Source of the DNA: Solirubrobacterales bacterium
GTDB lineage: Bacteria > Actinomycetota > Thermoleophilia > Solirubrobacterales > 70-9
Assembly (NCBI GenBank): GCA_035551255.1
Contig: DASZNP010000063.1
Span: forward strand, 2,940 to 66,939
Length of the DNA: 64,000 nucleotides
Reading direction: 5' to 3'
Shown here: piece by piece, positions 58,051 to 64,000 of the stretch
Layout of the letters: each line of letters begins with the position of its first letter
How positions within the stretch are numbered: position 1 is the first letter of the stretch
Translations under genes and position numbers: made by a program
Notes under the pieces: model-generated
Database searches by the model: none
What the model was told of the DNA's origin: nothing
What the model saw: only the letters and a program-made list of their open reading frames with translations

Positions 58051-58102
58051 CAAGGACGCAGGGAGCGTGGCGTGCTCTGCACGCGAGCGACTGAGGACGC
58101 CG
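58051..58102 (+). repeat. Copy C of the 52-bp intergenic repeat
   Basis: Identical to 14749-14800. It lies between the convergent stops of grxD (58019) and erpA (58129). Confidence 0.9.
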
Positions 58103-58128
58103 AGATGCGCCGGTTTGCAGCGTCCGCG

Positions 58129-58500
58129 CTACGCAGTCGCGGGCGTCGCGTCCTCTTTTACCTGGAAAGAGGACCCACATCCACAGGCGGCGACCACATT
58201 GGGGTTATTCACTTGGAAGCCCGCCCCCTGTAACCCTTCGATGTAGTCGACCTCTGAGCCGAAGACGAACTGCATGCTCACCTTGTCGACGACGACGGAG
58301 ACGCCGTCAACCTCGAAGACGTTGTCGTCCTCCTTGGCCTTGTCGAAGGCGAGGGCGTACTGGAAGCCCGAGCAACCGCCGCCGCGGACGGCCACCCGCA
58401 GGGCCTGCTCGCCGCCGTCGGGCTGGGAGCCGAGCAGCTCGCCGATCTTCTCGACGGCTTTGTCGGTGAGGGTGATCGCGGCTTGAGGCGTCTCGGTCAC
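58129..58500 (-). CDS. erpA: Iron-sulfur cluster insertion protein (ErpA/IscA/HesB family)
   Basis: 123 aa with GGGCSGFQY and the C-terminal CGCGSSF. Confidence 0.9.
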   Translation of the reverse strand: MTETPQAAITLTDKAVEKIGELLGSQPDGGEQALRVAVRGGGCSGFQYALAFDKAKEDDNVFEVDGVSVVVDKVSMQFVFGSEVDYIEGLQGAGFQVNNPNVVAACGCGSSFQVKEDATPATA

Positions 58501-58562
58501 TTCACAAAGTGTAGCGATCTACGTACACGTCTAAAAGCGACAGCACGTCTAGAATCGCGGGA

Positions 58563-59438
58563 GTGAGCTCGCCTGCCGAGACCGCGGTCGTCTGCGATAC
58601 GACCTGCTATCTGCCGACCGAGCTGGTGGCGGAGCGCGGGATCAAGGAGATCAGCCTCTACGTCTCTGTCGACGGGCACCAGGAGAAGGAGTCGGAGGTC
58701 AGCGACTTCGACGATTTCTACGAGCGGTTGCGGGCCTCCGAAAGCGGCGCCACGACCTCGCAGCCGTCGATCGGCGACTTCCTCGCGGTCTACGAGCCAC
58801 TGCTGGCCGAAGGGCGCGAAGTCGTCTCGATCCACATCTCGGCCGGCATCTCTGGCACCTTAGAGGCCGCCGGCCAGGCGCGCGAGCGGCTGATCGAGGA
58901 AGACAAGGGCGGCGAGCGCCTGCACCTGTTGGACTCGCGCTCGGCTGCCGGCGGCATGGGCCTCTGCGCCCTGGGCGCTTCTTCAGCCGCGCGGGCCGGG
59001 GCCGACGCGGCCGGCTGCCTCGCCCGAGCCGAGGAGACCCGCGAGAACCTGAAGATGTGGTTCGCGATCGACACCCTCGAGTACCTGCGCCGCGGCGGTC
59101 GCATCGGCGGCGCCCGCGCCTGGATCGGCGGGGCGCTGAAGATCAAGCCGATCCTCACCCTCGAGGAGGAGATCACCCCGGTCGAGCGCGTCCGCACCCG
59201 CGCCCGCTCGCTGGAGCGACTGCGCGGCTACGCCCGTCAGCGCCACGAAGACGGCGCCGACGGCTGGGTTGTCCAGTACATCCAGGACAAAGAGACCGCC
59301 GACGCCCTGATCGAAGACTGCTACGAGATCTACGACTGCGAGCCGGCCTTCATCTCCGAGGTCGGGCCCGTCCTCGGCGCCCACGTCGGCCCGGGCCTAC
59401 TCGGGGTAGGCGGCGTCCGCACCGACCTGATCGCCTGA
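58563..59438 (+). CDS. DegV-family fatty-acid-binding protein
   Basis: 291 aa. VVCDTTCYLP, TSQPSIGDF and SGTLEAA are typical DegV motifs. Confidence 0.9.
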   Translation: MSSPAETAVVCDTTCYLPTELVAERGIKEISLYVSVDGHQEKESEVSDFDDFYERLRASESGATTSQPSIGDFLAVYEPLLAEGREVVSIHISAGISGTLEAAGQARERLIEEDKGGERLHLLDSRSAAGGMGLCALGASSAARAGADAAGCLARAEETRENLKMWFAIDTLEYLRRGGRIGGARAWIGGALKIKPILTLEEEITPVERVRTRARSLERLRGYARQRHEDGADGWVVQYIQDKETADALIEDCYEIYDCEPAFISEVGPVLGAHVGPGLLGVGGVRTDLIA

Positions 59439-59443
59439 GCGCG

Positions 59444-59674
59444 CTAGCGGTTGCGCTTGCGGCGCCTGAGCATCGCCCTGGCGCCGATGAAGAAGCCGAC
59501 GGCCGCGGCGCCCATGATCAGCTGCTCTTTGTGCTCGTCGACTTGGCGGCGCCAGTCGGTCAGGTAGTTGACCTTGCCGCGCAGCGCCTCGACCGAGCCG
59601 CCGAGCTCGCGGCGCTTGAGGTCGATGTCGCGGCGGATCTCAGCGGGGGAACGTCCTGGCGCACCGGTGGTCAT
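59444..59674 (-). CDS. DUF3618-family small membrane-anchored protein
   Basis: 76 aa (SPAEIRRDIDLKRRELGGSVEALRGKV followed by a TM). It is the last gene of a three-gene stress-type operon. Confidence 0.75.
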   Translation of the reverse strand: MTTGAPGRSPAEIRRDIDLKRRELGGSVEALRGKVNYLTDWRRQVDEHKEQLIMGAAAVGFFIGARAMLRRRKRNR

Positions 59675-60120
59675 GAAGTCTCCCTTTCAAGCATCTCCTT
59701 GGTCAGCTTCGCCTCCTCGATCGCCTGCTCGGGCACCGGCGGCGACCCAGCCTTGACCGCCCGGTAGGCGATGAGGCCGGCGAGGGCGGCGATCAGCAGG
59801 AAGATCCCAGCGGTGACGAAGTAGCCGGCCCAGATGTTGCCGCTGAAGACTTCTTCGCCGAGCAGCCAGGCGATCCCGTGCAGGATCAGGATCAGCGCCA
59901 GGAAGGCGAAGGTGCCGGCGGCAATACCAACGACCGAGCCTTTCGCCAGCTTGCTGACTTTGGCCGAGACCTCGGCCTTAGCCAGCTCGATCTCCTCGCG
60001 GACGAGGGTCGAGGCGTGTTCGGAGACGTCAACGACGAGGTCCGCGAGCGAGCGCTCCTCCGGCTGAGGAGGCGGCGCGGGTGGTGGAATCGGCGGCGGG
60101 TTCTGCACGGGCTCGGCCAT
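59671..60120 (-). CDS. Phage-holin-family protein (actinobacterial Holin-X / DUF1469-like)
   Basis: 149 aa (LADLVVDVSEHASTLVREEIELAKAEVSAKV plus two TM segments). It forms an ATGA overlap with the DUF3618 gene. Confidence 0.75.
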   Translation of the reverse strand: MAEPVQNPPPIPPPAPPPQPEERSLADLVVDVSEHASTLVREEIELAKAEVSAKVSKLAKGSVVGIAAGTFAFLALILILHGIAWLLGEEVFSGNIWAGYFVTAGIFLLIAALAGLIAYRAVKAGSPPVPEQAIEEAKLTKEMLERETS

Positions 60121-60127
60121 CGGTCTC

Positions 60128-60262
60128 CTACTCCGGCGGGTCTTCGTTGTACAAGCGGCGGTAGGCGATCGCCGCGACCCGCGAGGCGGCGATACTCGCC
60201 AGGGCGCCCGTCGCAGCCAGCAGGCCGCTCCAGACGAGACGTTTGACCAGCTCGTTATCCAC
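60128..60262 (-). CDS. Small DUF4235-like protein (44 aa), not in the ORF track
   Basis: From the GTG at 60262 it reads MDNELVKRLVWSGLLAATGALASIAASRVAAIAYRRLYNEDPPE. GGGAAAGG lies about 10 nt upstream. Its stop is 7 nt before the holin-like ATG. Confidence 0.45.
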   Translation of the reverse strand: MDNELVKRLVWSGLLAATGALASIAASRVAAIAYRRLYNEDPPE

Positions 60263-60335
60263 TCAGCTCAAACCTTTCCCCGAGGACGCGGCAATAAACC
60301 AACCGGTCGGCGGCGTAGAAGAAGCTCCAACACTA

Positions 60336-60935
60336 TTACCGCGGCTCCAAGCCGTCGCAGATCGTCGTCACCAGCAAGTCCCGCGCCTCGTCGAAGTCGG
60401 TCTCCGAGGCGGGGATCGTGCCGAAGATCCAGCCCGAGAGCAGCTGCTCGACGGCGCCATAGAAGGCCATCGAGGCGAACATCGGGTCGACGTCGCCGCG
60501 CAGGGCGCCGGATGCTTGGCCCTCGGCGACGATCCTGGCGATGCCCTCGTAGGCGCGGCGGATCTGCTCGAGGTGGATCTGGCCGAACGAGTTCGCGGCC
60601 CGCGTCACCTCGACGATGATCACCTTCATCAGGTCGGGGTCGTGGCGGTAGGAGTCGAAGATGAAGCCGGCGACCTTGCCGAGCTTCTCGCGCGGGCCGC
60701 CGTCGGCCCGGTCGGCCTCCTCGATCGCCGCCAGCAGCAGCGACCAGCGCTCGGTGAAGAGTTCGTTCAGGACCTCGTCCTTGGAGTTGAAGTAGTGGTA
60801 GACGAGGCCGTAGGCGACCCCCGCCTCGTCGGCGATGTCGGAGACGCGGGTCGAGTGGAAGCCCTGGCGAGCGAAGACGCGGACGGCAGCGTCGAGGATC
60901 AGACGGCGTTTGTCAGCGGGCGGTGCCTGGGCCAT
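60336..60935 (-). CDS. TetR/AcrR family transcriptional regulator
   Basis: 199 aa with the HTH region RRLILDAAVRVFARQGFHSTRVSDIADEAGVAYGLVYHYFNSKDEVL. It forms a 1-nt TGATG stop/start overlap (TGA 60937-60935, ATG 60935-60933) with the upstream hydrolase gene. Confidence 0.9.
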   Translation of the reverse strand: MAQAPPADKRRLILDAAVRVFARQGFHSTRVSDIADEAGVAYGLVYHYFNSKDEVLNELFTERWSLLLAAIEEADRADGGPREKLGKVAGFIFDSYRHDPDLMKVIIVEVTRAANSFGQIHLEQIRRAYEGIARIVAEGQASGALRGDVDPMFASMAFYGAVEQLLSGWIFGTIPASETDFDEARDLLVTTICDGLEPR

Positions 60936-61768
60936 CAGCGGGGGGTCTCCGTCGGCTGTGGCCAGAGGTAGGCCTCGGGCTGGCGGTTGGCGAGCGAGGG
61001 CAGCGACTCGCGGATGCGGTCCTGCGCGGCGAGGTCGAGCTCGGCGCTAACAAAGCCCTCACCGTCGGGCGCGGTCGCGAGGACGACCCCCCAGGGATCG
61101 ACGATCATCGAGCGGCCGAAGGAGCTGTAGTGCGGCGGCGCTTCACCGGACTGGTTGGGAGCGACGACGAAGACCTGGTCCTCGATCGCCCGTGCCCGCA
61201 GCAGCACTTCCCAGTGGTCGCGGCCGGTGGCGAGGGTGAAGGCGGAGGGAATGGCGATCAGGCGGGCACCTTGCAGGGCGAGGATGCGGAAGAGCTCCGG
61301 GAAGCGGAGGTCGTAACAGACGGTCATCCCGAGGACGAGCTCGCCGAGCGGCGCGGTGACGGGCTCGGCGCCGGGCCGCTCGTGAGCGGACTCGCGGTAG
61401 GAGACGCCGCCGGCGTCGACATCGAACATGTGGATCTTGCGGTAGACGGCGACGTCCTCGCCGTCGGGGCCGATGAGGACGGAGGTGTTCGACGCCTTCT
61501 CCCCCTCGGGGCCGCGCTCCGAGATGCTGCCGGCGAGCAGGTGGATGCCGAGATCACGAGACCAGCTGCGGGCTGCCGTGAGGCTCGGACCATCGAGTGG
61601 CTCCGCTCCCGCGATCAGTTCCTCCCCGCCGGCCAGCAGGTTCCACTTCTCGGGCAGGGCGACGAATTCGGCGCCGGCCGCTACCGCGGCGCGCACCTGG
61701 CGCTTGGCGGCAGCGAGGTTCCGCTCCTTGTCCCCGTTCGAATTCAGCTGTACTGCGGCTACACGCAC
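60935..61768 (-). CDS. Carbon-nitrogen hydrolase (nitrilase-superfamily amidohydrolase)
   Basis: 277 aa with the E-K-C triad contexts ALPEKW, YRKIHMFD and MTVCYDLRFPE. Confidence 0.9.
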   Translation of the reverse strand: MRVAAVQLNSNGDKERNLAAAKRQVRAAVAAGAEFVALPEKWNLLAGGEELIAGAEPLDGPSLTAARSWSRDLGIHLLAGSISERGPEGEKASNTSVLIGPDGEDVAVYRKIHMFDVDAGGVSYRESAHERPGAEPVTAPLGELVLGMTVCYDLRFPELFRILALQGARLIAIPSAFTLATGRDHWEVLLRARAIEDQVFVVAPNQSGEAPPHYSSFGRSMIVDPWGVVLATAPDGEGFVSAELDLAAQDRIRESLPSLANRQPEAYLWPQPTETPR

Positions 61769-61786
61769 TGCGCCGTCCCTCCGGTT

Positions 61787-61802
61787 GATTGACCAGTCAA
61801 TC
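61787..61802. promoter_or_regulatory. Inverted repeat GATTGAC-CA-GTCAATC upstream of the hydrolase-TetR operon (candidate TetR operator)
   Basis: Perfect 7-bp arms, beginning 19 nt upstream of the GTG start at 61768. Confidence 0.45.
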
Positions 61803-61843
61803 GGTGAGCGCAGTATATGAACGCTCGGGGCGTTCTGACGGCT

Positions 61844-62680
61844 CTAGAGGTTCAGCTGGCGGGCGACGATGCGGTCGAAGAGCGCCGTCGGGATGAACGG
61901 CTGCAGCCGTGCCTGGACCTTGGCGTCGAGGCCGACCAGGTAGCGGGCCTTCGGCCGTGACGATTCGAGAGCGTGAGAGATCGCCTTCGCCACCTTCTCC
62001 GGCGGGATCCCGCGTTCGGCGGTGTCTTCGATCACCTTGCGGAACTTGTCGAGCGCGGCTCCGTAGAGCAGGTTCGTCCGCGGCGCCTTCGCTTCGACGT
62101 CCTCGGCCTTGCGCTGCCCCCGCTCCCAGATTGGGGTGTCGATCGAGCCGGGCTCGATCAGCGAGACCTTCAGGCCCCAGGGACGCAGCTCCTGCCGGAA
62201 GACGTCGCCAATCGCCTCGGTGGCGAACTTCGAGGCGTGGTAGGGACCGCCGAAGGGGAAGGCGATCCGGCCGCCGATTGAGGAGAGAAAGACGATCCGC
62301 CCTTCGGCCCGACGAATGTGCGGCAGCATCGCCTGCGTCACCGCGACGTAGGCGACCAGGTTGACGTCGAGCTGGTGGCGCAGGTCCTCCAGCGGCACCG
62401 TCTCCAGCGGTCCCGGCACCGCGACCCCGGCGTTGTTGACGAGCCCACCGAGACCGCCCTCAGCCTCACGCCCGATCCGCTCGACCGCAGCGGCAATCTG
62501 TTCGGCGTCGGTGACGTCGAGGATCACCGGCACCAGCCGGTCCGACGCCTCATTCCGCAGAGAGTCGCCGTCCTCCTCCTTGCGCACCCCCGCGAACACC
62601 TTCCAGCCGGCGCCGTCGAGGCGCCGTGCGGTGGCGCGGCCGATCCCCGTGGACGCCCCGGTTACAAGTGCGGTTCGCAT
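61844..62680 (-). CDS. Short-chain dehydrogenase/reductase (SDR)
   Basis: 278 aa with the cofactor motif VTGASTGIG and catalytic YHASK. Confidence 0.9.
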   Translation of the reverse strand: MRTALVTGASTGIGRATARRLDGAGWKVFAGVRKEEDGDSLRNEASDRLVPVILDVTDAEQIAAAVERIGREAEGGLGGLVNNAGVAVPGPLETVPLEDLRHQLDVNLVAYVAVTQAMLPHIRRAEGRIVFLSSIGGRIAFPFGGPYHASKFATEAIGDVFRQELRPWGLKVSLIEPGSIDTPIWERGQRKAEDVEAKAPRTNLLYGAALDKFRKVIEDTAERGIPPEKVAKAISHALESSRPKARYLVGLDAKVQARLQPFIPTALFDRIVARQLNL

Positions 62681-63414
62681 CCGTCGAGGCTACTGATGAG
62701 CGGACTTGGGCGGATGACGTTCCGGAAAACGCGGCTCTGAGCCATCGCAGCGCAGCGGCACTATGGGAAATCGGCGAGGAAGGCGACCGGATCGTGATCA
62801 GCGTTCGACGGCGCTGCGAACTGCGGCGTCCCGGCGTCCGGTTTCACGGTCGGCCGAGCTTGACGCTCGATGACATCGTGGTCCGGGATGACATTCCGGT
62901 CACCTCCCCGACGCAGACGCTTGTTGATCTCGGGACCGAACTCGATGCCGTTGCACTCGAGCGAGCGGTCAACGACGCCGACAAGCGCGACCTGATCGAC
63001 CCAGAAGCCTTGCGAGAAGACCTGCCGCGATTCGGCGGCCAACCTGGCGTCCGTCCCCTGCGCCACCTGCTCGACAAGCTCTTCTTCCGGCTCTCAGACT
63101 CAGAGTTGGAGATCTATTTCCGCCGCATCGTCAAAGCAGCGGGTCTCCCGATGCCGCTCACCAAACAACGGGTGAACAGGTTCGAGGTGGACTTCTTCTG
63201 GCCTGAGCTCGGGCTCGTCGTAGAGACTGACGGTCTCCGCTATCACCGAACGCCTTCGGCCCAGCTCAGGGACGCCCGCCGCGACCGAGCGCACGTGATG
63301 GCGGGAATGACGCCGCTGCGTTTTACGCACTTCGAGGTTCGCTACGAACCAGCCCGCGTCCGTGCGGCGCTCGCCAGAACGATCGCGATGCTTCAGAAGC
63401 GCGCCCGACTTTGA
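62626..63414 (+). CDS. DUF559 (Vsr-like endonuclease fold) protein, apparently N-terminally truncated paralogue of 9919-10860
   Basis: The C-terminus FEVDFFWPELGLVVETDGLRYHRTPSAQLRDARRDRAHVMAGMTPLRF fits DUF559. Homology to the other copy starts only around ENAALSHRSAAALW. The only in-frame starts (62626, 62668) overlap the divergent SDR gene, so it may be a remnant. Confidence 0.55.
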   Translation: MRWRGRSPWTPRLQVRFASVEATDERTWADDVPENAALSHRSAAALWEIGEEGDRIVISVRRRCELRRPGVRFHGRPSLTLDDIVVRDDIPVTSPTQTLVDLGTELDAVALERAVNDADKRDLIDPEALREDLPRFGGQPGVRPLRHLLDKLFFRLSDSELEIYFRRIVKAAGLPMPLTKQRVNRFEVDFFWPELGLVVETDGLRYHRTPSAQLRDARRDRAHVMAGMTPLRFTHFEVRYEPARVRAALARTIAMLQKRARL

Positions 63415-63484
63415 CCCCACCTCGCTGGGGCAGGAATCGGACGCGGCTCAGGAGGGCAGCACAGGGGCGTAACCTTGTGACGTC

Positions 63485-64000
63485 GTGAACGAACTCCCCA
63501 AGGACGATGCCGAGCGCAAGCAGGTCACGGTCCTGTTCGCCGATGTCAGCGGCTCGATGGACCTTGCCGAGCAGGAGGACCCGGAGGAGTGGCGCAAGAT
63601 CATGCAGCGCTTCTTCTCGCTGCTGGCCGACACGGTGACGCGCTTCGAGGGCACCGTCGACAAGTTCACCGGCGACGGGATCATGGCGATCTTCGGCGCC
63701 CCGGTCGCCCACGAGGACCATGCGGCCCGGGCCTGTTACGCGGCCCTGCAGATGCTCGACGACGTCGCCGAGTACGCGGGCGAGCTGCGGCGCGCCAAGG
63801 GGCTCAATTTCTCGACTCGGATCGGGATCAACTCTGGCGAGGTCGTCGCTGGGGCGATCGGCGGCGGCGACGGCTCATATACGGCGATCGGCCACACCGT
63901 CGGCTTGGCGCAGCGGATGGAGGCGCTGGCCGAGCCCGGCAAGGCGTACCTAACTGAGCACACCGCCTGGCTCGCCCGCGGCTTCCTCGACCTCACCGAC
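63485..64000 (+). CDS. Class III adenylate/guanylate cyclase domain protein, N-terminal part; continues past the window end
   Basis: From the GTG at 63485 it reads VNELPKDDAERKQVTVLFADVSGSMDL ... TVDKFTGDGIMAIFGAPVAHEDHAARA ... RIGINSGEVVAG. It is not in the ORF track because there is no stop in the window. Confidence 0.8.
   Translation, partial: MNELPKDDAERKQVTVLFADVSGSMDLAEQEDPEEWRKIMQRFFSLLADTVTRFEGTVDKFTGDGIMAIFGAPVAHEDHAARACYAALQMLDDVAEYAGELRRAKGLNFSTRIGINSGEVVAGAIGGGDGSYTAIGHTVGLAQRMEALAEPGKAYLTEHTAWLARGFLDLTD

Overview
Very GC-rich, gene-dense chromosomal segment that looks like Actinomycetota. This is inferred from gene content (mIHF-like, MMPL, YrbE/Mkl, Stf0-like, HemQ, F420/LLM oxidoreductase) and from several start codons that look leaderless. 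I support about 70 protein-coding genes. I found no rRNA, tRNA, CRISPR array, transposase or integrase. All family names come from reading the translations; no database search was run.

Housekeeping genes:
- recD2-like helicase, cspA, typA, acyl-CoA dehydrogenase, bcp, aldehyde dehydrogenase, metH
- a heme/Fe-S block: hemQ, fprA-like, bolA, monothiol grx, erpA/iscA

Accessory-looking blocks:
1. Two Ca2+ exchangers followed by two tandem paralogous acidic lipoproteins.
2. A MoxR/VWA pair.
3. A sulfur island: sulfatase, Stf0-like sulfotransferase, Rrf2 regulator, TauE exporter and a TauT/Ssu-type ABC importer.
4. A DUF4160/DUF2442 pair in a lower-GC patch.
5. An SPT-like alpha-oxoamine synthase divergent from a 377-aa GNAT-like protein.
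6. A tightly packed minus-strand operon, MlaE-MlaE-MlaF(Mkl)-MMPL-thioredoxin-like-B3/4, with no MCE/MlaD gene.
7. A GT4 fused to a flippase-like (LPG-synthase TM) domain, next to an alkaline-phosphatase-like polytopic membrane protein.

Most notable non-coding signals:
- A perfectly conserved 52-56 bp element in three copies. Two of them bracket the Na+/Ca2+ antiporter gene in inverted orientation.
- A 423-nt structured intergenic region upstream of metH. It holds a roughly 135-nt rod-like hairpin and a second element closed by an 18-bp helix.
- A 10-bp stem that encloses the start codon of the ABC permease gene.
- Palindromic candidate operators next to the TetR and Rrf2 regulator genes.

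Many long ORFs in the track are antisense or shadow ORFs typical of high-GC DNA, and I rejected them.
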